From: Candidatus Entotheonellaceae bacterium
GTDB lineage: Bacteria > Tectomicrobia > Entotheonellia > Entotheonellales > Entotheonellaceae
Assembly (NCBI GenBank): GCA_965238075.1
Contig: OZ250173.1
Span: 3,264,001 to 3,328,000, forward strand
Length of the DNA stretch: 64,000 nt
Direction of reading: 5' to 3'
Shown: in pieces, positions 48,700 to 58,775 of the stretch
Numbering within the stretch: position 1 is the first letter of the stretch
Layout: each line of letters starts with the position of its first letter
Position numbers and translations under genes: made by a program
The notes under the pieces: generated by a model
The model's input: the letters and a program-made list of their open reading frames with translations, nothing else
The model's database searches: none
Told to the model about the DNA's origin: nothing

Positions 48700-49643
48700 T
48701 CCCTCCCCTCAGCCTGCAACAGGGCCCGTTCGCGTACCAGAAGGTAGATGCCGCCGTATATCAGCGTGGAGAAGAGCAGCAGCACCAGAACCGAGGCGGC
48801 GGCGCCGAAGCCGTACTTGTTGAATTGCCACACCTGGCGCCACAGAAAGAAGGCGATCGTCTGCGTGCTGTCGCCGGGCCCGCCGAAGGTGAGCAGTACG
48901 GCCTGGTCGAACAGTTTTAGGGCTTCCATGGTGCGAATGACGACCGCGATGACGATGGCAGGCTTCAGCAGCGGCAGTTGAATGCGGCAAAAAATCTGCC
49001 AGCGGCTTGCGCCCATGACGCGAGCGGCGTTGATCAACTCCGGTGGCAGAGCGGCGAATCCCGACAGGAAAATGAGAAACGTCAACGACGTCCATTGCCA
49101 GACGTCGGCCAGGATAATCGCCCATTGAGCGGCCAGCGGATGCGACAGCCAGCGGATGCGGGCCGTTACGCCGAACGGGGTCAGAATCGGCGCGAGAATC
49201 TGGTTCAGAGGCCCGGAATCGACGTAAATCATCGAGAAGTTGTAGCCCACCACCACCGGCACGACCATCATGGGGATGAGAAAGATGGTGATGTACAGCC
49301 GCCGTCCGCGAAACGCCTGATGCACCAGCATGGCCAGGAAGAACCCCAGCACCAGTTCGAGGGTCACTGCCGCCCCGGCGAAATAAAACGTTCTGCCGAG
49401 CGACCACCAGAACTCCGGCTCGCCGATGACTCTGACGTAGTTTGCCAGGCCCTGAAAGTAAGCCTGCTCGAAAGGCCGACTGGCGCGCCATCTGAGTAGG
49501 CTGATGTAGATCGTCAGGGCAAACGGCAGGGCCAGCAAGAGCAGGAACATGCCTTCCACCATGACGAACGGCACGAGCCGGAATATCCGTTCCTGCGCCA
49601 ACCACGCCGCCAACCCAGACGGCCGTCTGGGGGTTGCTTCCAT
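48696..49643 (-). CDS. Carbohydrate ABC transporter permease
   Basis: DVWQWT, INAARVMGASRWQIF, GGPGDSTQT. Confidence 0.9.
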   Translation of the reverse strand: MEATPRRPSGLAAWLAQERIFRLVPFVMVEGMFLLLLALPFALTIYISLLRWRASRPFEQAYFQGLANYVRVIGEPEFWWSLGRTFYFAGAAVTLELVLGFFLAMLVHQAFRGRRLYITIFLIPMMVVPVVVGYNFSMIYVDSGPLNQILAPILTPFGVTARIRWLSHPLAAQWAIILADVWQWTSLTFLIFLSGFAALPPELINAARVMGASRWQIFCRIQLPLLKPAIVIAVVIRTMEALKLFDQAVLLTFGGPGDSTQTIAFFLWRQVWQFNKYGFGAAASVLVLLLFSTLIYGGIYLLVRERALLQAEGRE

Positions 49644-49671
49644 TTCCGCCAACACGAGTGTCACCGACTCC

Positions 49672-51135
49672 CTATTGGAAAGTGTCGAGATAGGCACCGC
49701 TTGCAACGCCGCTGCGCCATGATTCGATCTGGTAGTCGCGTCCCACGTCTTCCGTGACAGAATTCCAACCTCTCTCAACGCGCGCGGCGGCCTCCTCCGG
49801 CGTCAGGTTGCCTTGCATCACCTGTGCCAGATTCTTATCCAGGATGTTGAAGTACTCGTAATTGCCCTCGATCATCAGCAACGAGATGGCATATTTGGTG
49901 TTCGCCATGGTCGTCTCAATGAACTGGCTGCCGAACTTTTCGACAATCGCCGGGTTGTGCAGATTCGAGCGCCGCATCGGGTCCCAGAAGCCCCGCGGGT
50001 CGGCGATCGCGACATCGCCCTGCTGCGGGCCCGTGAACCACTGCAGGAAGTAGTAAGCCAGTTCCGGGTGGTTGCCGTGGCGGTTCACCATATAGCCGGT
50101 GCCTGCGGCCTGCGGCGAGCGGCGCACCAGTCGGCCGTCCCGCATCACCCCGGGGATGATGCAGCTGAGCTGTTGGCCGGCGATCTGCGTCTGCGGGTTC
50201 TTGTTGCCGTAGCCCACGATGGAGGGGAAGGACATCACCGAGAAAGCCTGCCCGCTCGCCCAGAAGGGATAAATCTGGGGCGTTCCCCAGCCCTGGATAT
50301 CGGGCGGCATGTACTGCACGATCGAGCTGAACGCGCGGATAGCCTCAATGCCGCCCGGCGTGTTGACCAGGGGATTCATGTCCTGATCGAACAGCAGCCC
50401 CCCGAAGTAGGCCGGGAAATGACGGTATGAAAAGTTAATGGCGCGGTAGCCCATGGCGCCGTACAGGTCCTGGTCGAACGTCTTGCCCCATCGCGTGTCG
50501 CCCTTCCGGGTGTGGAAAAACGACGCCAATTGTTCCCACTGCGCCATCGTTTCCGGGCAACCGGGTTCCCAGCCGTACTGCGCCTGGAATTCTTCTTTGG
50601 CGCCCGGCAACTCCAGAATATCCTTGCGCAGCACCAGGATGAGGTGATCGCCGTCGAGCAGGAAAAAATACTGTTTGCCGTTGTAGCGTTGTTGGGCGCG
50701 CAGGGCCGGTTCGATGCCGGAAAAGTCCGGGCGGCCGCGCTCGGTGTAGTCATCGAGCGGCATCAGCACACCGGCGCCGGCGGCATCGGGCACGACGTAG
50801 GGGAAGTGGTTGAAGATGTCGTACTGCCCTGTTCTGGCAATCGCCTCCGCCATGATCTTGGAGGGGATGTCGGTGTAGCCGTACTCGATGAAATTCACCT
50901 TGATGTCGGTCAGTTCCTCCCACTGCCTGGCGTACGCCGGCATGGCATTCCGAAACAGGGAGATGAGCAATAGGGTAAGTGACGGGTTTTGCAGTTGGTG
51001 TTTTTCGACGTATGCCTTGGCGCCATTGATGGCGCGTTCCTCCACGGTGTCGCCGGGCAGGGTCTGGGCCTGCGCCAGTGCGCACGCAAAAACGAGGCAG
51101 AGCGCTATTGCGGTCAGCAACCTGAGGTGTTTCAC
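49672..51135 (-). CDS. Carbohydrate ABC transporter substrate-binding protein
   Basis: Signal peptide after GGAG; WEELTDIKV, PETMAQW; operon context. Confidence 0.85.
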   Translation of the reverse strand: MKHLRLLTAIALCLVFACALAQAQTLPGDTVEERAINGAKAYVEKHQLQNPSLTLLLISLFRNAMPAYARQWEELTDIKVNFIEYGYTDIPSKIMAEAIARTGQYDIFNHFPYVVPDAAGAGVLMPLDDYTERGRPDFSGIEPALRAQQRYNGKQYFFLLDGDHLILVLRKDILELPGAKEEFQAQYGWEPGCPETMAQWEQLASFFHTRKGDTRWGKTFDQDLYGAMGYRAINFSYRHFPAYFGGLLFDQDMNPLVNTPGGIEAIRAFSSIVQYMPPDIQGWGTPQIYPFWASGQAFSVMSFPSIVGYGNKNPQTQIAGQQLSCIIPGVMRDGRLVRRSPQAAGTGYMVNRHGNHPELAYYFLQWFTGPQQGDVAIADPRGFWDPMRRSNLHNPAIVEKFGSQFIETTMANTKYAISLLMIEGNYEYFNILDKNLAQVMQGNLTPEEAAARVERGWNSVTEDVGRDYQIESWRSGVASGAYLDTFQ

Positions 51136-51166
51136 AATGTTATCTCCTTCGGGTGATGATTCGGGT

Positions 51167-52249
51167 TCATTCCAAGCGTGTCCCGTCCTCGGCATCGAAC
51201 ACGAGCATGCCTTTGGGGTCGAAGCCAAAGGCAATGGCCTCCCCCACTTCAAAGCCTGCTAGCCCGAGATCGCCCCTGACCTTGGCCACGAGTTGGGACG
51301 GGCCGCCGTAATCGAAATGGACCAGCGTTTCATCGCCCAGCGGTTCGGTCAGTTGAACATGTCCGGCAGCGCCTTGAGGACCGAGCAAGACATGCTCGGA
51401 ACGGACGCCGAGGCAGACGTCGCGGCCAATGGCAGCACCAGGCACGGCCTCGGCGGGTAATGCAAGATCGAGATGATCTGCCTGAAAGTGGGGCGGGTTG
51501 GTGTCGCTGAGCCGGCCTGAGATAAGATTCATGGTCGGCATGCCGAAAAAGCCGGCCACGAAGAGGTTGGCCGGCCGGCGATAGATCTCCAGCGGTGTGC
51601 CGATCTGCTGAATGCGGCCCGCCTGCATGACGGCAATGCGGTCGGCCATGGTCATCGCCTCGGCCTGGTCGTGGGTGACGTAGACGAAGGTGGAGCGCAA
51701 TTGCTCATGCAGGCGTTTGAGCTCGGTGCGCATTTCAATCCGCAGCTTGGCGTCGAGGCTGGACAGCGGCTCGTCCAGCAGGAGCACGTCGGGGTTGCTG
51801 ATGGTGGTGCGTGCCAGGGCGACGCGCTGCGCCTCGCCACCGGAGCATTGGGCCGGTTTCTTGCCCAGCAGGTAGGTGATCTGAAAGGTTTCAGCGACGC
51901 GGTTGACGCGTTCGTTCAGGTCGGTCGAGGGGACTCTCCGGACCCGAAGGCCAAAGGCGATGTTCTCGAACACGCTCATGTGAGGGAACAGTGCGAGATT
52001 CTGAAACACCATGCCCAGGTGGCGCTCGCCCGGTTCCAGATCAGTGACGACGCGATCGCCGATGATCACGTTGCCGCTGGTCGGCTGCTCAAGACCGCAG
52101 ATCATGTTCAGGGTAGTCGTTTTGCCGCAGCCGGAGGGCCCGACGAAAATCATGAACTCGCCGTCCTGGATGTCCAGACTGACCCCGGCGACGGCCGTGA
52201 TCCCGGCGCCGAATGTCTTGACGAGATTTTCGAGCACGATGCGGGCCAC
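51167..52249 (-). CDS. ABC transporter ATP-binding protein (MalK-like)
   Basis: GPSGCGKTT, SGGEAQR, LLDEPLS, VTHDQAEAMTMADRI. Confidence 0.93.
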   Translation of the reverse strand: MARIVLENLVKTFGAGITAVAGVSLDIQDGEFMIFVGPSGCGKTTTLNMICGLEQPTSGNVIIGDRVVTDLEPGERHLGMVFQNLALFPHMSVFENIAFGLRVRRVPSTDLNERVNRVAETFQITYLLGKKPAQCSGGEAQRVALARTTISNPDVLLLDEPLSSLDAKLRIEMRTELKRLHEQLRSTFVYVTHDQAEAMTMADRIAVMQAGRIQQIGTPLEIYRRPANLFVAGFFGMPTMNLISGRLSDTNPPHFQADHLDLALPAEAVPGAAIGRDVCLGVRSEHVLLGPQGAAGHVQLTEPLGDETLVHFDYGGPSQLVAKVRGDLGLAGFEVGEAIAFGFDPKGMLVFDAEDGTRLE

Positions 52250-52444
52250 CCTGACTCCTCCCAGACGGTTCTCACAGGTCATCGCGTCTGTATTATCAAG
52301 TGTCATCAGGCGGGGTCAATCGGAAAGTGCACGATCCCATACCCGAATCACAACCCGCTTTCCAGCCAGAGTTGACACGACGACAGGCGGTATGTTGTCG
52401 TACCATGACCGATCTGCCATGACTGCTCAGAGGAGAGATGGGCA

Positions 52445-54490
52445 ATGAAGAAAGTATACGGGATGGTCAAAAGAGTAGGCGTATTGGCTTGCCTAGCGCT
52501 GGTGGTGCTATTGGCCAGCGTCGCAGCACAGGCAACGGTAGCGTCTGATGAGCAACGTATGGGTGCGCATCTCATCGGCACCATTGAGGGGCCCGAGGTC
52601 ATTACCGATCCGACCCGGATGCCGACGCAGTTCCAGGAAGCGCCGACGCTAGCCGCCTTGGTCGAGCAGGAAAAGTTGCCGCCAGTAACCGAGCGTCTAC
52701 CCGCCGAGCCACTGGTGATCAAACCCTTACACGCCATCGGCACCTACGGTGGCACCTGGCATCGCGGCTTCACGGGTCCAGCCGATAAGTGGAGTGGCTA
52801 TCGCTGTTGTGCGTTCGACACCCTGACCTACGTCGACTTTCGGGGTGAAAAGCTCGTGCCCAACGTGGTCAAGGACTGGCAGGTCTCCGACCAGGGGCGG
52901 ACGTTCACCCTGTTTCTGCGTCAGGGCATGAAGTGGAGCGATGGCACCCCGTTCACGGCCGATGATTTTGTCTTCTGGTACGAAGACATGTTTCTGAACG
53001 AGGAGCTTAACCCGACCCGGCATCAAATCATGTCCATCAATGGTAAGCCGGGGATCTTGGAGAAAGTCGACCCTTACACCATTCAGTTCAAATTCCCTGA
53101 GTCCTACTATCTGTTCCTCGAATTGCTAGCCGCTGCCACCCCGCTTGGCGGCCACGCCTATCAAGGGCTCTTCAGCATGGGCGGGTACGCCCCGAAACAT
53201 TATTTGCAGCAGTTTCACCCCAAGTACGCCGGCTCAGACGCGGTGCAAAAGATCGTGCAGGCCGAGGGATACGACAACTGGGTAAATTTATTCAAATTCA
53301 AAAACGACTGGGCACTCAACGTGAATCTGCCGGTCGTTACGGCCTGGAAAACCGTTTTGCCGATTAACCAGACCACCTGGATGCTCGAACGCAACCCATA
53401 CTATTGGGCTGTGGACACGGCCGGTAATCAGCTGCCATACATCGACAAGGTCGTCATGACGTTAGCGGAGGACTTGGAGGTGCTGAACTTGCGCGCCATC
53501 TCGGGTGAATATGATTTCCAGGCCAGGCACATCGATATCCAGAAACTCCCGGTGCTTTTGGAGAATCAGGAGCGGGGTGGCTATGAGGTGTCTCTGGATC
53601 CCATGGAAAATGGTTCAGATTATGGTATCTGGTTCAACCTGGCCTACGACGCCGACCCGGAAATAGCCCAATGGATCAACAATCGCGACTTTCGTCGTGC
53701 CCTGGCGCTGGCAATCGATCGAGACCAGATCAATGAGATTTTCTTTCTTGGCATTGGCATAGCCGGTTCCGTGGCCCCAGCAGAGGATAACCCGTACAGC
53801 CCCGGTCCCGAGTACCGCACCCGCTGGGCCACCTACGATCCACACAAGGCCAACCAGATGCTCGACGCCATCGGCTTGGTTAACAAAGACCAGCAGGGTT
53901 TCCGGCTGCGCACCGACGGCAAGGAGCGGTTACAGCTCGAGCTGGCGACGCTGGGGAGTCAGTTCGTCCAGCACACCCAGATCTCGGAAATGGTCCGCGA
54001 GCACTGGAAACAAATTGGCATCGAAATCTTCGTCAAGGAGCACGAACGCAGCCTCTGGGGTACCCGGGCAGGCGCGAACGAGGGCCAACTTTTCGCCTGG
54101 GGTAACGATGGTACGGACTCGCTATTCATCTTTCCGTTCTGGTTGGTCCCTCTGCAGGCAGGGCATTGGGTCAGCTCGCCATACGGCGCCTGGTTTGCCT
54201 CCAGCGGTATGCGGGGTAAAGAGCCCCCTGCTCCTATGCGCCAGGTGATGGACCTGTATAAGCGTGGCTTCACGGTGCCGTTCGAGGATCGGGTGGAGAT
54301 TGGCAAGCAAATCTGGCGTATCCACCTCGATGAAGTTTGGCATCTCGGCGTGGTGGGACAAGCCGGAGCCGTCATGGGCGTCCGGGTGGTCAGTAACAGA
54401 ATGGGGAATATCCCGGACCGGCAGGCTAACCTGAACACCTACAAGCCGCCGGCCCTCTCTCGGCCGCAGACGTTCTTTTTCAAACGGTAA
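52445..54490 (+). CDS. ABC substrate-binding protein, family 5
   Basis: LPPVTERLP, LRQGMKWSDGTPFTADD, RNPYYWAVDTAGNQLPYID. Confidence 0.9.
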   Translation: MKKVYGMVKRVGVLACLALVVLLASVAAQATVASDEQRMGAHLIGTIEGPEVITDPTRMPTQFQEAPTLAALVEQEKLPPVTERLPAEPLVIKPLHAIGTYGGTWHRGFTGPADKWSGYRCCAFDTLTYVDFRGEKLVPNVVKDWQVSDQGRTFTLFLRQGMKWSDGTPFTADDFVFWYEDMFLNEELNPTRHQIMSINGKPGILEKVDPYTIQFKFPESYYLFLELLAAATPLGGHAYQGLFSMGGYAPKHYLQQFHPKYAGSDAVQKIVQAEGYDNWVNLFKFKNDWALNVNLPVVTAWKTVLPINQTTWMLERNPYYWAVDTAGNQLPYIDKVVMTLAEDLEVLNLRAISGEYDFQARHIDIQKLPVLLENQERGGYEVSLDPMENGSDYGIWFNLAYDADPEIAQWINNRDFRRALALAIDRDQINEIFFLGIGIAGSVAPAEDNPYSPGPEYRTRWATYDPHKANQMLDAIGLVNKDQQGFRLRTDGKERLQLELATLGSQFVQHTQISEMVREHWKQIGIEIFVKEHERSLWGTRAGANEGQLFAWGNDGTDSLFIFPFWLVPLQAGHWVSSPYGAWFASSGMRGKEPPAPMRQVMDLYKRGFTVPFEDRVEIGKQIWRIHLDEVWHLGVVGQAGAVMGVRVVSNRMGNIPDRQANLNTYKPPALSRPQTFFFKR

Positions 54491-54508
54491 ACGGCTGTCC
54501 TCAAAACC

Positions 54509-55384
54509 TTAGTACCGTACCGTGTCGTCCGGCTCGTCGATGACGCGGTTTTCGAGCGTGCCGAGTTGATCAATCGTGATGCGTACCACATCGCCAGCCT
54601 TTAACCACACCTGTGGATCCATCCCCAAACCAACGCCACTAGGCGTGCCGGTACAGATCACGTCGCCTGGCTCCAGCGTAAAGGCAGTGGAGAGATGAAC
54701 GATGATGTCGGAAAGATTGAAAATCAGATTCTTCGTATTGGAGTCTTGGCGGAGCTCGCCATTCACCCACGTTCTCAGCGTCAGGTTATGAGGATCGCTC
54801 ACTTCGTCAGGCGTCGCCATATAGGGGCCCAAAGGACAGTGGGTATCCCAGGACTTGCCCATGGTCGTGGTTGGTGAACGGAACTGCCATTCCCGTACGC
54901 TGACATCGTTGGCAATCGTGTAACCGGCGATGACGTCCAAGGCTTTCTCTTTGGGGACACGTCGGCACCGCTTGCCGATGACAAAGGCAAACTCACCTTC
55001 ATAATCGAGCTGGACAGACTCTTTTGGCAGGTAAATAGCGCCCTGGGGACCCGTCACGGCGGTCGATTGCTTGTTGAAGATCATGGGCACCGTAGGAATG
55101 TCAAACCCCCCTTCTGCCGCATGGTCCCTATAATTGAGCCCAACCGCAAGAATCTTCGGTGGGCGACGAATCGGTGCTTCGAGGCTCACGTCCCTCAGGG
55201 CTAGACGTCCTGTCCCGGATGCGCACACCTCTCGGGCGGTATTGAAGGCGGCCTCGCCTTGGGCGAGAAACGTTAGCATGTCATCCGGCAGACCACGTCC
55301 ATGGGCAGCAAAATCAACTACGGCGTCCAATTCAACGGCACCTAGGCGGGTGCGACCCTCATGGGTAAACGTGACAAGTTTCAT
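54509..55384 (-). CDS. Fumarylacetoacetate hydrolase family
   Basis: VGLNYRDH, LDYEGE, NDVSVREWQ, GKSWDT, GTPSGVG. Confidence 0.93.
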   Translation of the reverse strand: MKLVTFTHEGRTRLGAVELDAVVDFAAHGRGLPDDMLTFLAQGEAAFNTAREVCASGTGRLALRDVSLEAPIRRPPKILAVGLNYRDHAAEGGFDIPTVPMIFNKQSTAVTGPQGAIYLPKESVQLDYEGEFAFVIGKRCRRVPKEKALDVIAGYTIANDVSVREWQFRSPTTTMGKSWDTHCPLGPYMATPDEVSDPHNLTLRTWVNGELRQDSNTKNLIFNLSDIIVHLSTAFTLEPGDVICTGTPSGVGLGMDPQVWLKAGDVVRITIDQLGTLENRVIDEPDDTVRY

Positions 55385-55440
55385 CGTGTACTCCTGTTCT
55401 GCGCAGGCTGTTCCGTGTCATGCCAGGCAGATGATCGACA

Positions 55441-56454
55441 TCAGAGCCGGTAGACCCGAGCGGCGGTGTCGTGGAACAGCTGCGCCTTTTCGTCGGCCGA
55501 GTAATTCGCCGTGAGCCGCTTGAACGAATTCCACAGTACATTGTAGCTGCAACTCACCTTGTCGACGGGATAGTTGGATTCGAACATGCAGCGGGCGGTG
55601 CCGAACTGTTGGATGGTGTGCTCGTAATATGGGCGGGTGGTCTCCATCAACTCCTGTGACGTGGGTGGCCGCTCGCGCTCGTGCCAGCCGAAGCCGTTGA
55701 CTTCCATGTTGATGCCGCCGAGCTTGGCCACCACATTCTCACACTTCGCCAACTCGATGATGTCCTTGCGCCACTGCGCCATGATTTCCTGGCGCTTGCC
55801 GGCGTAGGGGCCGACGCCGAGGGGGCCGCCAAAATGATCGAGAATGATTGTGGTATCGGGGAAGGCGCGGGCGAGGTCGGTAAGCTCCGTGATCTGGTGG
55901 TGATAGCACCAGCCTTCGAAGGTCATGTTGTGGCGGGCCAAGTGGACGAACCCGGAGCGGAAACTGGCATCGAGGTGCAAATGCGCCGGCGGCATTGGGC
56001 GATTGGAGATGAGAGGGCCAGCTGCGTCCCACGAGGCGCTGTGGCGAATGCCGCGGAAGCGCCCGCCCCCGGCCTGGAGATGGGCTTCAAGCACCGGCGC
56101 TGCGGCATCGCCCAGCCTGAGATCGACCGTGCCCACGATGCCGGCGGCGACCCGGCTCGGGCCATACGCTCCCGAAGCACTCATGGCGGCAATACCGTTG
56201 ACGAATTCCGTTTCGCCCACCGGCCGCATGGCTTCCGGGCCGTCGGCCTTGTGCATGGCGCTGCATTGCACGAAGACCGTCGAGACGACGTTGTGGCCAC
56301 TGTTGATGTCGGCCAGAACCTCGTCAAGCAGGTAGCGCGGCTCGACCCGCTCGTAACGGTGGTCCCACAAGTGATGATGTGGGTCGCAAATCGGTAGGTC
56401 CGGCTCAATCGTGTCTTCCTGCACGAGCGAAAGCCAGTGGTCATTGGTCGCCAT
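55441..56454 (-). CDS. Amidohydrolase family protein
   Basis: ICDPHHHLWD, RGIRH, ILDHFG, RCMFESNYPVD. Confidence 0.9.
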   Translation of the reverse strand: MATNDHWLSLVQEDTIEPDLPICDPHHHLWDHRYERVEPRYLLDEVLADINSGHNVVSTVFVQCSAMHKADGPEAMRPVGETEFVNGIAAMSASGAYGPSRVAAGIVGTVDLRLGDAAAPVLEAHLQAGGGRFRGIRHSASWDAAGPLISNRPMPPAHLHLDASFRSGFVHLARHNMTFEGWCYHHQITELTDLARAFPDTTIILDHFGGPLGVGPYAGKRQEIMAQWRKDIIELAKCENVVAKLGGINMEVNGFGWHERERPPTSQELMETTRPYYEHTIQQFGTARCMFESNYPVDKVSCSYNVLWNSFKRLTANYSADEKAQLFHDTAARVYRL

Positions 56455-56671
56455 GTCAGTCCTTTCAATGGTGGCTGTTTTCAACAGGCATGCGGCGTGG
56501 CTTGATTTGTCAGGGCGCCATTCTATGTTGAGCGGGCTTCGCGTTCAACTTGAATAAGCCCACTGGAATTTCTATGCTACTTGCCGCAATTCGGACGTGT
56601 TCCCCCATTTTCCTACCGAGCGGCCTGGAAGGCGCCGCGGCAACCGCTTGCCATCGAGGCCACAACGCCAA

Positions 56672-57748
56672 ATGCCGTCCATAAGTTCTGAGCAACTCCA
56701 GAAGGACAATGCTATTCCGCTTGTCGTTGACGTGGACGGTTCGTTGGTCAGGGGCGACCTGCTGACCGAAGGCTTGCTGCGGCTGTTCGGGGATTCGCCT
56801 GCCAAACTGTTCGCCCTGCCCTTTTGGCTGGCCGGCGGGCGCGCCCCACTGAAGCGCTGGCTCGCACAGCAGACCGGTATCCTGTCCGCGGCGACTCTGG
56901 TCCTGAACCCGGCCGTGCTGGAGGAAATCGACGCTGCTAGACGGGCGGGGCGTGAGGTGTGGCTGGCTTCCGGTTCGGACGAAATGGTCGTTGCGCCCCT
57001 TGCCCGGGAGGTGGGGGCCACCGGTTGCTTCGCTTCGGACGGCCGCACCAACCTGGTTGGTCACATCAAAGCCGCTGTCCTCGTCGACCGCTTCGGTGAG
57101 CACGGTTTCGACTACGTCGGCAACGAGCGGCGCGATCTGGCTGTTTGGGAACGCGCGCGGCGCGCCATTGGGGTTAACCTCTCGGCACGTCTGGCGCGGC
57201 AGGTGAAGGCGCTGGATCCGCACGCCCGTTTTCATCCCGGACTCGGCGGTGGCGCCTTGGACTTTCTGTGTGCTTTGCGTCCGCGCCAGTGGATGGCCAA
57301 TGCGCTCGTATTCGTTCCTGTCATTGCGGAGCCGGATGCCCATGCCGGGCAATATTGGGTTGCGGCCGGTGGGTTTGCGGCCCTTTCAGCCTGTGCCTCC
57401 AGCCGTTGTGTTGTGGAAGACCTGCTCAATTTGCCGCGCGACCGGCAACGGGTAAGCAAACGTCACCAACCGATGGCAGCGGGCAAAACGCCCTTGCCTT
57501 CCATGATTGCCGTCGCTTCCGTCCTGGCGGCGGGGGGACTCGCCCTCGCCTTTTGGCTTTCGGCTGCCATTGGGCTTGCCGTCCTCCTCTATGCGATTCT
57601 GGGTTTGTGTTACTTGCTGTGGCTCAGGCAAAACACACGCGTTGGCATCTTCGCACGCGCTTTGCTCAACCTATATCCTCTCGTTGTGGGAGCAGCGGTC
57701 GTGCGGGTCCCCTGGTCGCTGGGGGTTTCGGCTTTTTGGGGGAGTTGA
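56672..57748 (+). CDS. HAD-like + UbiA-like prenyltransferase fusion, degenerate and C-truncated
   Basis: PLVVDVDGSL, ASDGRTNL, FDYVGN; LRPRQWMAN, EDLLNLPRDR...KRHQPMAAG. Confidence 0.7.
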   Translation: MPSISSEQLQKDNAIPLVVDVDGSLVRGDLLTEGLLRLFGDSPAKLFALPFWLAGGRAPLKRWLAQQTGILSAATLVLNPAVLEEIDAARRAGREVWLASGSDEMVVAPLAREVGATGCFASDGRTNLVGHIKAAVLVDRFGEHGFDYVGNERRDLAVWERARRAIGVNLSARLARQVKALDPHARFHPGLGGGALDFLCALRPRQWMANALVFVPVIAEPDAHAGQYWVAAGGFAALSACASSRCVVEDLLNLPRDRQRVSKRHQPMAAGKTPLPSMIAVASVLAAGGLALAFWLSAAIGLAVLLYAILGLCYLLWLRQNTRVGIFARALLNLYPLVVGAAVVRVPWSLGVSAFWGS

Positions 57749-57785
57749 CGGGATTGAATAGGGGTGCAATTCGCAGGAGGTGAAG

Positions 57786-58775
57786 ATGGCAACACTGATT
57801 ACGGGAGGCGCCGGGTTTATCGGCCTGGAAGTGGTACGGCTTCTGCTTTCGCGGGGTGAGAAGCGCCCGCTGGTGATGAGCCGAAATCCCTCGCCGAAAC
57901 GGCTGGGCGACGTGGCGGATGAGGTAGAAGTGACGCGGGGCGATCTGGGGAATTTCAGCCATGTGCTGGAGGCCGTCAAGAAGGCGCGGCCGCAGGTGAT
58001 CTACCACCTGGGCGCTACCCTGTCCGTCCCTTCGGAGGCCGATCCGGCCAGTGCCATGCAGACCAACGCGATGGGCACTTTCCACGTGCTGGAAGCGGCG
58101 CGGCTGTTCGATGTGCCACAGGTCGTGTTTGCCAGCAGCGTGGGCACCTACGGGTCCGATATCCGGGACGACACCATCGATGACGCAACGATCCAGCGTC
58201 CGCAGCTTTTCTATGGCATGACCAAGGTGTTCGGCGAACACATGGGGCTGTTTTACCGGCGCAAGCACGGGGTTGATTTTCGGGGTATACGATATCCATC
58301 CATCATTGGACCTGGTGTGCGTACGCCAGGCGCGGTGCAATACACCTCCTGGGTCATCGAATCGTGTGCCCAAGGCCGTCCCTACACCATCTGGGTTGAG
58401 CCCGAAACGAGGGTTCCGGTCATGTACATCAAGGACGCGGCCCTGGCCACCGTGCAATTGGCGCAAGCGGCGCGGCAGGCCATTACAACGGTCAACTACC
58501 TTGTCAATGGCGTGACACCAACGCCGAGCGCGGGTGAGCTGGCCGACGTTGTGCGGTCCAGAGTCTCCGGGGTTCGGATTGAATTCAAGCCGGACGTGGA
58601 CCTCCAGCGCCTGATTCAGGAGTCTCTGCGGCCACTGGACGACCGCAAGGCGCAGCAAGAATGGGGCTGGAAGCCGAGCTATGACCTGGAAAGCCTGGTG
58701 CAGGATTTTCTGCTGGAGTTGAAGGCTCATCCGCCCAATCCGGGAGATGCTGACCTCACGCTTATCCCGGGATGA
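57786..58775 (+). CDS. NAD-dependent epimerase/dehydratase (extended SDR, threonine dehydrogenase-like)
   Basis: ITGGAGFIG, YGMTK, DFRGIRYPSIIGPG. Confidence 0.9.
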   Translation: MATLITGGAGFIGLEVVRLLLSRGEKRPLVMSRNPSPKRLGDVADEVEVTRGDLGNFSHVLEAVKKARPQVIYHLGATLSVPSEADPASAMQTNAMGTFHVLEAARLFDVPQVVFASSVGTYGSDIRDDTIDDATIQRPQLFYGMTKVFGEHMGLFYRRKHGVDFRGIRYPSIIGPGVRTPGAVQYTSWVIESCAQGRPYTIWVEPETRVPVMYIKDAALATVQLAQAARQAITTVNYLVNGVTPTPSAGELADVVRSRVSGVRIEFKPDVDLQRLIQESLRPLDDRKAQQEWGWKPSYDLESLVQDFLLELKAHPPNPGDADLTLIPG

